Under the pieces are notes generated by a model, which did no database searches, had not been told where the DNA came from, and worked only from the letters and a program-made list of their open reading frames with translations. This document shows, piece by piece, positions 10,104-18,942 of a stretch of DNA of 64,000 bases (the first letter of the stretch is position 1; the number at the start of each line of letters is the position of its first letter). Source of the stretch: an uncultured Desulfobacter sp. (GTDB lineage: Bacteria; Desulfobacterota; Desulfobacteria; Desulfobacterales; Desulfobacteraceae). Made by a program: the position numbers and the translations under genes. Location of the stretch: assembly GCA_963665095.1 (NCBI GenBank), contig OY762069.1, positions 2,464,001 through 2,528,000 of the forward strand, given 5' to 3'.

Positions 10104-11182
10104 CAGGCATTCTCCCGGTTATTGGTCAACAGGACCCGCCTGTCTTTCTCCACAGAGTCCATAACATCCTCGGAGTGCGTTGCCATGATATATTGATTGT
10201 TCGGAGCCAGAGAGATCAATCGTTTTACAAAGCTTCTATGCCATTGTGCATTCAAATGAAGTTCAGGTTCATCGATAAAAACAACCGAGGGTTTACCCCT
10301 GGTATGGTGCCAAATCAGAAAAAGGGTTGCAATGATCTCTTTTTGTCCTGAACTTAATCCGTCAAAAGTCATTGATTTTGGGCCGCCATTAATACCGATT
10401 CTAATATCTACGGTATTGTCGGATGAAGGTCTTAGCTTATGAATCGTACCACCGGCGTAGGCCATGACAAGTTCATTTAATTTATCAATTGTCTCATCCG
10501 GTTCCTGATTTTCACTTGTTTCAAAAAGGTCTGCCTGGTTCATTAAAGCCCGAAGTATCTGGAGCTTGAACTCACTCAAGGGGAATTCATACATGCTGTT
10601 ACGGTACATCCGGCCTGACCGCTGGGGCTCTCCCACCATCATCCCCAGTTCAGGATTGCCTTCCTGTACTTTCCGGTAGCTGTGAAAAAATAAAAAAGAA
10701 TTCTCTATCACTGGATTGGGAGATAATCCACAGATGGCCTTGATCAAATTTTCCGTATCGGCACCCGGATCAAATAATCCTTTATCCATCATGATATTGT
10801 GAAAATTATCCCCGGTGGCTTTCACAACACCATTTCTGTCAATCCGGATCTGGATACTGACAGTCTCGTCACCAACGACAATGTCTCCGGATATTTTGAC
10901 CGCCTGACTCCCGGCTCGAATCAATAAATCCGGGACATCTATGGTTGAATGTTTCTCTCGTAATTTGAACCGACCCTCTCTGATGGTCAAGGACAGCAGT
11001 AACAGGGAACAGCATTCCATGATAGATGTTTTTCCAAGACCATTCTGACTGCCCATGATCAAAATATCCGGGTCATCCGGTAATTTCGGGATGGGAAAAT
11101 CCATTTCAAGATGATCAATTCCCTTATAGTTATTGATCTCCAGTCGTCTTAATTTGATTGGAATATTTTGTTCTCGTTTCAT
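10103..11182 (-). CDS. AAA_21/ABC-type ATPase (PARIS AriA / OLD-like)
   Basis: INNYKGI, Walker A GSQNGLGKTS, signature LSSGQ, Walker B FIDEPELHL, H-loop ATHS. Confidence 0.85.
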   Translation of the reverse strand: MKREQNIPIKLRRLEINNYKGIDHLEMDFPIPKLPDDPDILIMGSQNGLGKTSIMECCSLLLLSLTIREGRFKLREKHSTIDVPDLLIRAGSQAVKISGDIVVGDETVSIQIRIDRNGVVKATGDNFHNIMMDKGLFDPGADTENLIKAICGLSPNPVIENSFLFFHSYRKVQEGNPELGMMVGEPQRSGRMYRNSMYEFPLSEFKLQILRALMNQADLFETSENQEPDETIDKLNELVMAYAGGTIHKLRPSSDNTVDIRIGINGGPKSMTFDGLSSGQKEIIATLFLIWHHTRGKPSVVFIDEPELHLNAQWHRSFVKRLISLAPNNQYIMATHSEDVMDSVEKDRRVLLTNNRENA

Positions 11183-11196
11183 AATATTCCTCCTTG

Positions 11197-13995
11197 CTAA
11201 TCACCAATTCTTGTGACGGATTGATCATACCACATGAGCAGTTTGGGATCTTCTTCAAGAATTTTGTTTGGTATCTTTTCGGCCACCTTTACAATGACAG
11301 CGTAATCTTTATCCTGCCAGGCCTTCTTAAATCCTGCTCTAACTGCCTCTAAACGGAACACTTTCAGTTTCTTTTTGGCTTGCTTATATTCTTCAAACTC
11401 TTTTAACAGTACCTTTTCACGAAGTTTTTCAAGATCTCCTGCTTTGTTTGGATCGGGTACATACCAGCGGTCTTTGGCTTTGGCTTTTAGAACAGGATCG
11501 TCTTTTTCAAGGTTTCGCATGTCTTTCCAGTTGGAGGACAGATAGGCATGAATTTGCTCTGGAACGTTACCCTCTCCCAAAAAACAAAGAAAATTTTGTT
11601 CAAGTAAGGTTGAGAGTTCTAAGGATTTTTCATTTTTACTCCATCCTCCGATGTCTCTTATAAATTGAGGATGTAATTCTTGGAAACTTTGTGGTTTGTC
11701 TCCTAATCGCTCTCTAAGCCATTGGCGTGCTGAATTTTCATCTGTGATAAAAAGAGATAATTGTTCAATTTCTCTAACAGTTATTCGTTTTTTGTCATAT
11801 TCAACAACTTGATCTGGTAAAAAAAACATACCATCTCTTTCAGAAAAGCGCTGAATTAATCCATTATAGAATTCAGCTGAAGATAGTGGAATAGATACTC
11901 CTCGCTGGACATGAAAAGCAACCATTCGATCATAAAGAAGAAAATTCTGTCGTTCTGCTAAAATCTCAAGTTTTTGTCCTTTCGACACAAAAACAGGAAG
12001 CTGACTTAGATGTGTTCTAACAAACTCCCAGGCACCATCTTCGGTACCTGCTTTTTGAATAAATCTTTCCTCAAGCCCACCGTTAGGTTTGTATGCTGAA
12101 ATTATTAAATCCTGTTTTACTGAATTCGAGAATGTTAACTGCTTTGTTGTTCCCTTTTTTTTATCCATTACCCGGACATCTGCAACCACTAATCCAGCAG
12201 CTTGTAAAGCTTCATTGATAGCTGTCCACACGACATTCTTTGAATTATGGAATTCCATTGTCAACCACGCCCCTGATTTTAAAACCCGAACACATTCCTT
12301 GAGAGCGAGACCCATTAACGATTTATAATCATAAATGCTTTTATTCATTGCGGGAGAGATAATAGCTTCAGGAGATCTATTAGAAAACAATCCTATCCAC
12401 CATTCCCAAAGAAAGTTTAATTCTGAGTAAAATAGATTTGCGCCAAATGGGGGATCCATAAAAACGTAATCGATTGAACTATCAGGTAGTTGACTAATAT
12501 TTGTTGCAGACTGTGTAGAGCAAAAAGAGTTATTTGGGAAAGAATGTTCCCATAATTTCTTGATATCTTTTATCTTGCTTTTTATATATTGAATTGGATT
12601 AACTTCAATCCCTATTGCTGGTATATATAATGTACCAGAAAGAGGCCCGACAACTTCTCTGCTTCTATTACCTCTGTGTTGTGGCATATATCGATTCATT
12701 TTAGACAATCTAAGTGCCGCACTTGTTAGGGCAAACCAGAGTTTCCTGTTTTTCAGTTTATTGCGCAGCAACGCCATCGCATACAAATTTCTGTTAGTAT
12801 AAAAATGATGTACATGTGTAACGCCTAAATGCACACCGGCCCGCCATGTATCCCCCCAAGCCTCCCCCTTAAAAATCATTGGCACGGCTTCTACATCAGA
12901 ATATAAAGTGTCACTTGATGAGATGATGTCAAAGTCTTCTTGAGACGGGTACTTTTCATAGCGTTTACCTCCGTATTCATAGCTTATTAAAACAGGTTTT
13001 CTTTTATGTCTTAATAGAGCCGATTTTACTATTGGGTCAAACCATGTCTCTGTGGCTCTTTCAATTAATTGGGCAGGACCCTTTTTGACAAATTTGGGTT
13101 CTTTGCATAGATTTACTGAACAAGTAGGACATTTAAAAACATCCAAAACTTGACAATGGAAAAGTTTAACTGCCTCTTCCCAATATGTGAATTCTTCTCC
13201 ACATTCAGGACAAACATAAACGTCACTCCATACAGTATAAATGATGACGCCATATTCATCAGGGCTACAATCTCTATTTTGGGGCTTTACCTTTTGGGAA
13301 CGAGCTATATTAGCGGGCCATCCATTATGTAATGTTCTGTAATATTTTTTACAATCCTCAAAAGTCGATTCAATTTTCTCTTCGAGAGACTTAATTAAAT
13401 TGTTTGGTCTCTCAATTGAATGTGAATAATGAGACGCAATGTAAGAAGCGATAGGACTAAGTTCATTTAAAATTACCCGTCTTGGTTGCTCAGATATATT
13501 TTCCTCATTACACTGGGCCACGGCAACTGCAGTCATACCTGTACCAGCAAACGGGTCTATAATAATATCTCCAGGCTCTGTATAATGTTTGATTAATGGA
13601 GCGATTGCTTCGGGTGGGACTTTCGTATGGTATGTATGAACATTATAAATACGACCATGTTTACTTCCTGTCAGGTCGTCTGAAAAGGCCGTTTTACTAT
13701 CTTGTTTTCTTTTTTTATTATTTGCCGAGTCTATTACTATTTGGTCTAAGAAAGGATTAGGACAAGCTGTATAATATGGCGGATCACTCAATGCAAGTAT
13801 GTCTTCATCTTCACCAATGGGAAAGCCTTCAATTTCCCTAAACTCGGGATTTTTTAATTTTTCACGTAAAAGTTCGGTGAAATGATCTCTCCTGTCCTCG
13901 TCATTCTCAAATTCCATTCCAAGACAGGTGACAGGCCCATGGGAGTTGTTTTTCAGGTCAATATCAAAACCAGGTAATTTCATCTCTTTACTCAC
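11197..13995 (-). CDS. pglXI: BREX-3 DNA methyltransferase PglXI
   Basis: N-terminal FPIGEDEDILALSDPPYYTACPNP, HTYHTKVP, DPFAGTGMT (SAM binding), DPPF (catalytic), WYVPDPNKAGDLEKLR C-terminus; likely start GTG 13995 (SD AGGAG, GTGA overlap with the upstream gene). Confidence 0.85.
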   Translation of the reverse strand: MSKEMKLPGFDIDLKNNSHGPVTCLGMEFENDEDRRDHFTELLREKLKNPEFREIEGFPIGEDEDILALSDPPYYTACPNPFLDQIVIDSANNKKRKQDSKTAFSDDLTGSKHGRIYNVHTYHTKVPPEAIAPLIKHYTEPGDIIIDPFAGTGMTAVAVAQCNEENISEQPRRVILNELSPIASYIASHYSHSIERPNNLIKSLEEKIESTFEDCKKYYRTLHNGWPANIARSQKVKPQNRDCSPDEYGVIIYTVWSDVYVCPECGEEFTYWEEAVKLFHCQVLDVFKCPTCSVNLCKEPKFVKKGPAQLIERATETWFDPIVKSALLRHKRKPVLISYEYGGKRYEKYPSQEDFDIISSSDTLYSDVEAVPMIFKGEAWGDTWRAGVHLGVTHVHHFYTNRNLYAMALLRNKLKNRKLWFALTSAALRLSKMNRYMPQHRGNRSREVVGPLSGTLYIPAIGIEVNPIQYIKSKIKDIKKLWEHSFPNNSFCSTQSATNISQLPDSSIDYVFMDPPFGANLFYSELNFLWEWWIGLFSNRSPEAIISPAMNKSIYDYKSLMGLALKECVRVLKSGAWLTMEFHNSKNVVWTAINEALQAAGLVVADVRVMDKKKGTTKQLTFSNSVKQDLIISAYKPNGGLEERFIQKAGTEDGAWEFVRTHLSQLPVFVSKGQKLEILAERQNFLLYDRMVAFHVQRGVSIPLSSAEFYNGLIQRFSERDGMFFLPDQVVEYDKKRITVREIEQLSLFITDENSARQWLRERLGDKPQSFQELHPQFIRDIGGWSKNEKSLELSTLLEQNFLCFLGEGNVPEQIHAYLSSNWKDMRNLEKDDPVLKAKAKDRWYVPDPNKAGDLEKLREKVLLKEFEEYKQAKKKLKVFRLEAVRAGFKKAWQDKDYAVIVKVAEKIPNKILEEDPKLLMWYDQSVTRIGD

Positions 13996-14663
13996 GACAG
14001 GCAACTCCTTAAATCTACCCACAAATGGGAAAGTTTAAAATCCGAAGGGACCACATGTTTTCTGTTCAAATCAGTACAGCAGCAATCGACCGTTACAAGA
14101 GAGTTAAAATATAAAACGATTTTTGAGGGCACTAAATTAGCATTTACTTCTTTGAGAATGCTGTCAGGTGCCATACTGATAATATATCCGATCATCATAC
14201 CCGATGAGACATCTTTACCATATTCATGATTTTGGCAATCAAACCGGAAAACACCATCGGTCACATAATTTTTGTTCAAAATCCAATTTTTGCTGGTTGG
14301 ATCGCCCAGCAATTTGCATTCAACATCGAAAAAAAGGTTTTCCCCTTTTTCAGGGTCAAATTTAGGGCATATAAAATCCGGTTTTGGTAAAGAATTAAGA
14401 CTTGTTTTAATTGCCTTGTCAGGATCTTGTTTCGGCAGTTGCGCCAACGGTGCCGGTATTTCGGCTTTTTTTTTCAGCGACCATGATTTACAAACGGTTT
14501 TTAAAATACCAAATAAAACGGCACTGATTTCATCCTCTTTTTGGGGTAAAGAGGTTCGTTGTTTCAATTTTTTTAAAGAGTGGAAAAATACGCTTTGATA
14601 CAAGGCTGTATGTTCCGTCCAAAGATTTCTTTTTTTAAGGGAGAGTGCCTTTCGTGCCATCAA
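13992..14663 (-). CDS. Putative PD-(D/E)XK endonuclease
   Basis: KPDF...FDVECKLL (PD..ExK), YVTDGVFRF, GMMIGY; coupled to the MTase upstream and pglXI downstream. Confidence 0.6.
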   Translation of the reverse strand: MMARKALSLKKRNLWTEHTALYQSVFFHSLKKLKQRTSLPQKEDEISAVLFGILKTVCKSWSLKKKAEIPAPLAQLPKQDPDKAIKTSLNSLPKPDFICPKFDPEKGENLFFDVECKLLGDPTSKNWILNKNYVTDGVFRFDCQNHEYGKDVSSGMMIGYIISMAPDSILKEVNANLVPSKIVLYFNSLVTVDCCCTDLNRKHVVPSDFKLSHLWVDLRSCLS

Positions 14664-17600
14664 GCCCCCCCCTGGTTGGGTTGAATTTCCAGCTTCATGG
14701 CTTTAACCAGGGTTGAATCCGCATCCTCACGTGCCAGGCTCCGGGTCCAGAACCGTTTTTCATTGCGTTTAATGACAATGATGCTGTTATCGCTCACAAT
14801 ATGAACAATCCCATCTAATAGAATTTGAGATGTGCCCATGGGATGTGGCAGATTTTTTCCGATCTCTTCAAGAACATATCCCCAGGAATCAATCCTGGGG
14901 GTTAAGTCCCACTTATCTCCAATGTCTGCCGGATAAAACTCCATGGCAACCATATTGCCGGATGCTCCTATATGAAGATCCGCCCGCATAACTTCATCTT
15001 CATTTAAATACGGTTGCCAGCGTTTTGCAAACCGGTCAGCATAGTTCAGCATCCAGAGGCTCTTTTTATCATCGACGGCAGGCATTTTTCCAACACTTTT
15101 ATAAGGCTGATAAAAAAACGGTATAGTGACCTCACAGCAATCCCGTATCAGGTCCCTTTGTTCGTCCGTAAAATCATACAGGTCAAACACGGCCTCATCC
15201 AGTTCAGTTTCCCATTCTTGCCTTGTGGTATCTATTTCTTCCTGAGGTACCCCATTCGGGCAGGTGATGTCTCTTACTTGAGGATGATAATCGCGAAGAT
15301 TGTTAACAATTGAAACAATTTTTTGGCTATATAATTGCGACAATTTCTCAGGCAATAAAAGATGTAACAATTCCCCGAGTAAAATTTTATGATACCATAA
15401 TCCCCAGTTGGTACTCGTATTAAAAAAAAAGTATCGCGCAAAGGATGACCACAGAATGCCAATAATTAATAAGTAATCATTTTTATAATGGCTTTTTAAT
15501 TTAAATCCGTATACGGAACGATAGAAACTAAAATCTGTATCCTCAAATCTCGATAATATTTCCCCGTTTTTATTTCCTTTCTCAGTGATTCCTTCATTAA
15601 AGATAATTTTATCTCCAATGTATGCGTCTGTTGGACCGGTATTATATATAAACTCAGGTGTGGAATTTAAAGGCAATGTCCCATATCTTTCCGGAATAAC
15701 TCTTAATGTCTTTTCAGGGAGCCCTTTACTGCTCATTTTTTTTTCATAAGTTTGATATCCGCGTCCACATCCTTCCTTGTTATCAGCGATTAGTCGATTC
15801 AACATGACTCCAGACAAGGATCTTATGAAAATTGTATCGGCATATCTTCCAAACCAGTTAATCTTCCATGTTGTTTTGTCCGTTAAATCCTGCTGGATAA
15901 GAAAAGAACGATCATATTTAGTAAGTAAAATTGCTTGCGTGGCTTTCAAAGCCGAGACCTGTTTAAGTGACCAATACTCAACAGGCGTTTTCTCTTGATT
16001 CGCTTTTTTGAAATGAATTAAGAGAAACGGTGAATTTGCTCCTTTGAAATAAAATTTCCGTACATGTGTAAAATTGAAAACTTCTTTTATACAGACTTTA
16101 TCCATCCATTTTTTTCGAAAAGCCTCACTTTTCGAACTATATTTAAAAAGGACACCCGCAGAAACCAACAAGGCACCGGCACCTCCTGATTTCAAGAAGT
16201 CTTTAGCCCTCCAAAGAAACGCCTGGGACGGCTCCTTATTACCAATTGGAAAATCTCTTTTTTGACACCATTGCAGCATAATGTTTTTACGGTTGATGGT
16301 TTCGTCATCAGCTTTGTTCCCAGGATCACCCCATGGGGGATTCCCCAAAACAATATCAATGTCTTTGATGTCAATTTTAAAAGCATTGCCGACATGAATA
16401 CTCCCATCCTGGCCTTCATACTCATTTTCTGGAACAATCAGACCTGGAAGCCTGTTGCCTTTTTTTATATGATCAATGATAGACGGTGGATCAAGGTAAT
16501 GCAACATGGCCAGATACAGGCTGAAAGCTGTTATGCGAGCCGCCTCTGCGTTAACCTCAATGCCAACGATCTGCTGTGCAAGAACCTGTTTTAGTTCATC
16601 GAATGACGGCATCTCAGAAGTTTGTTTAATGCGGTAACGAACTATACGGCGAAATGCTTCCACCAGGAAAATTCCCGATCCGCAGGCCGGGTCCAGTATT
16701 CTGGGGTTCTGTCTTAGAATTTCAGGGCTTAAAACCCGGGAGCAGACAAATTCTGCCAGAACCGGGGGGGTATAATATGCGCCATCCTGTCTGGCTTTTT
16801 TCTTTTTTTGCTTTTCGTCTGACGCGGGGTCATAAAATTCTTCATAAATGGCACTAATTAAATCAAGAGGAATAATGTCAAACCGGTATGAAAAAAAGAA
16901 AAGCTTTTTTTGTATTCCGGCATCACCGTATAGCAAATCCAGGATAAGTTTAAGATGCTTTTCTTCTATGACCCGTTCTTCATCATCAATATCCGGGAAC
17001 ATATCCCCGTTAAAATCGCCTGACAACTGCCGAAATAGAGCATAGGTGAAAGATTTATCTTGAAGAACTCTCGGATAAAAGGTTTTCGTACCGGAAAAAT
17101 CAAAGAGTTCCTTTGATAACGGCTGGCTCAGAAGATTTTTCCATTCTTCTGAGCCCCTTGCTATTTTGTTAAAATATTCATTATTCAGAATTCCCCTGTC
17201 TTCAAGGTAACGAATAAAAATGGAACGGCCAATCAATGCATGAACATATGAAACATGATTCTGCAAACCCAGGCCCAGCAGTTCTCTTCTGACGGTTTTC
17301 AAATCTGCTATCAGCGCTTTGTCTGCCCTGTTTTTAATATTTCCAAAACGACCTTGTTCAAACAGCTTACCGGATTCAATATGATCCCTGTGAAAATCTT
17401 GCAGTTTTTGGGACACCGCTTTGATTGACTTAAGGGTAGCAAGTGTTTTCAACTGTGGTAACTTGCCTGATTCTTCAAAACGAACAGGAGGCTGGGCCAT
17501 ATCCATAACTGTCAATTCCCCCTCGGATTCAAGAAATAGTATCCGCGGCCGGGACAGACACCACAACCTGTTAAACGCTTCAATCCTGGCAAAATCTCCT

Positions 17601-17806
17601 TTGCCGCATCTGGCAAAGACAACTACGGGGTTGTTATCAACAAAAAATATTTTTTCCGCACCTGCTTTTTGGGCTGCAGAAAACCAGTCTCCCAGGTTCA
17701 GCCATTCCTCATCACCAAGGGTTCTTGCGGGTTCTGATACGTCATGCAGTCGCCCCTGCTTGAAGTCAAGTTGTTCTATTGTTGATTCCAGAAGAGTTGT
17801 TACCAT
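14660..17806 (-). CDS. Large N6-adenine DNA methyltransferase (Eco57I/HsdM-like, with TRD region)
   Basis: GAYYTPP, ILDPACGSGIFL, GNPPW motifs; 1048 aa; SD AGGAGG. Confidence 0.88.
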   Translation of the reverse strand: MVTTLLESTIEQLDFKQGRLHDVSEPARTLGDEEWLNLGDWFSAAQKAGAEKIFFVDNNPVVVFARCGKGDFARIEAFNRLWCLSRPRILFLESEGELTVMDMAQPPVRFEESGKLPQLKTLATLKSIKAVSQKLQDFHRDHIESGKLFEQGRFGNIKNRADKALIADLKTVRRELLGLGLQNHVSYVHALIGRSIFIRYLEDRGILNNEYFNKIARGSEEWKNLLSQPLSKELFDFSGTKTFYPRVLQDKSFTYALFRQLSGDFNGDMFPDIDDEERVIEEKHLKLILDLLYGDAGIQKKLFFFSYRFDIIPLDLISAIYEEFYDPASDEKQKKKKARQDGAYYTPPVLAEFVCSRVLSPEILRQNPRILDPACGSGIFLVEAFRRIVRYRIKQTSEMPSFDELKQVLAQQIVGIEVNAEAARITAFSLYLAMLHYLDPPSIIDHIKKGNRLPGLIVPENEYEGQDGSIHVGNAFKIDIKDIDIVLGNPPWGDPGNKADDETINRKNIMLQWCQKRDFPIGNKEPSQAFLWRAKDFLKSGGAGALLVSAGVLFKYSSKSEAFRKKWMDKVCIKEVFNFTHVRKFYFKGANSPFLLIHFKKANQEKTPVEYWSLKQVSALKATQAILLTKYDRSFLIQQDLTDKTTWKINWFGRYADTIFIRSLSGVMLNRLIADNKEGCGRGYQTYEKKMSSKGLPEKTLRVIPERYGTLPLNSTPEFIYNTGPTDAYIGDKIIFNEGITEKGNKNGEILSRFEDTDFSFYRSVYGFKLKSHYKNDYLLIIGILWSSFARYFFFNTSTNWGLWYHKILLGELLHLLLPEKLSQLYSQKIVSIVNNLRDYHPQVRDITCPNGVPQEEIDTTRQEWETELDEAVFDLYDFTDEQRDLIRDCCEVTIPFFYQPYKSVGKMPAVDDKKSLWMLNYADRFAKRWQPYLNEDEVMRADLHIGASGNMVAMEFYPADIGDKWDLTPRIDSWGYVLEEIGKNLPHPMGTSQILLDGIVHIVSDNSIIVIKRNEKRFWTRSLAREDADSTLVKAMKLEIQPNQGGA

Positions 17807-17897
17807 GTCAATTCCTCCTTTGAATCAATGTTTTGACGCTCAAAAAGAAGCACTTAAATTTATCCTTACCAGTGAATCTGTTCATCTTATTTTCTTA

Positions 17898-17924
17898 ATC
17901 TGCGTAATCTGCGGATTATTCAAT
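17898..17924 (+). repeat. 27-bp direct repeat, copy 1 (REP-like half)
   Basis: ATCTGCGTAATCTGCGGATTATTCAAT; 1 mismatch to 20239-20265. Confidence 0.85.
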
Positions 17925-17925
17925 C

Positions 17926-18942
17926 TTAAAGATCCATATCCATTTCACCCGCAATTTTTTCAGCCAACAGCTTAAAATCTTTCCGGGCATCGGCAACGGC
18001 ATTGGCGTGGCTACCGATAGCACCATCTGCGGATGTCAGTCGAAAAATCGGTTTGCGGTGTTCCTGGGCCATGGGAACAAGGCTGCGGTAATGTTTGATT
18101 GTGGCAAGGCAATAGGGGTCATGCTGCTGTTTGATTTTTTTCTCAAGTTTCTCATTCATAACAGACTCCCTGTATACCTGGGGAATACGCTGCACCCATT
18201 TATCATAGGCTTTAACCGGACGATCCAGCCGCACACTGTGTTGCTGGCATAAATACCCGACAGGTTTCATGTCCCCGGCAGGCAAAATAAAATCCGGATA
18301 GTTTTGATGGTCTGAACTTTCCTCCCAGTTAACCAACCGTTTTTTCCACAGGTTCTTCCAGCTTTTCAGGGTGGGTCCCAGGTTTTTTAAGCCCTGCAAA
18401 GAGAACAGGTCCGCCCCAAGAGGGATGGCGACATAATCAGTTGCCAACAGGACGGATCTGTTTATGGCCCCGAGGTTCGGGCCGATATCCACCAGTATGA
18501 TATCAGCCTGGACCTTGGCGGAAGCCTTTTGCATCACCTGCCAGAATGAGCTGAGAATCCGCATGGGACGGTAAAGATTATAATCCCCCATACTGTGAGG
18601 CCATTCGTTTGATAATGAATCCTCAAAACCGGAAAGTTCAACATCACCGGGAAGAAGATAAAGGTCGGTCGCAATATTCTGCAACTTGGGTTCAAGGATA
18701 TCACCCACATCGGTCAACGGCTTTACACATTGATAAATGGTATGCCCTGACCGCTGTTTACTCCATAACGCTTCTATTTCATCTTCAGTCAGAAAAGCAG
18801 CCGTGAGATTTGCCTGGGGATCAATATCAACAACGACCACCCGTTTTCTAAGGGATGCGTACATCCAGGACAAATGGTAGATCAGGGAAGTTTTTCCTAC
18901 CCCGCCTTTATTGTTAAAAAACGTCAAAACCGGTGTCGTCAT
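17926..18942 (-). CDS. ParA/MinD-family ATPase (defence-island type)
   Basis: FFNNKGGVGKTS deviant Walker A, DIDPQANLT, VDIGPNLGAINR; likely start ATG 18942 (SD AGGAG, ATGA overlap). Confidence 0.85.
   Translation of the reverse strand: MTTPVLTFFNNKGGVGKTSLIYHLSWMYASLRKRVVVVDIDPQANLTAAFLTEDEIEALWSKQRSGHTIYQCVKPLTDVGDILEPKLQNIATDLYLLPGDVELSGFEDSLSNEWPHSMGDYNLYRPMRILSSFWQVMQKASAKVQADIILVDIGPNLGAINRSVLLATDYVAIPLGADLFSLQGLKNLGPTLKSWKNLWKKRLVNWEESSDHQNYPDFILPAGDMKPVGYLCQQHSVRLDRPVKAYDKWVQRIPQVYRESVMNEKLEKKIKQQHDPYCLATIKHYRSLVPMAQEHRKPIFRLTSADGAIGSHANAVADARKDFKLLAEKIAGEMDMDL

Noticed and set aside
17926..18942. ParA as evidence of a plasmid or ICE partition system
   Set aside because: No parB, parS array, rep or conjugation genes nearby; it is coupled to the AlbA gene instead
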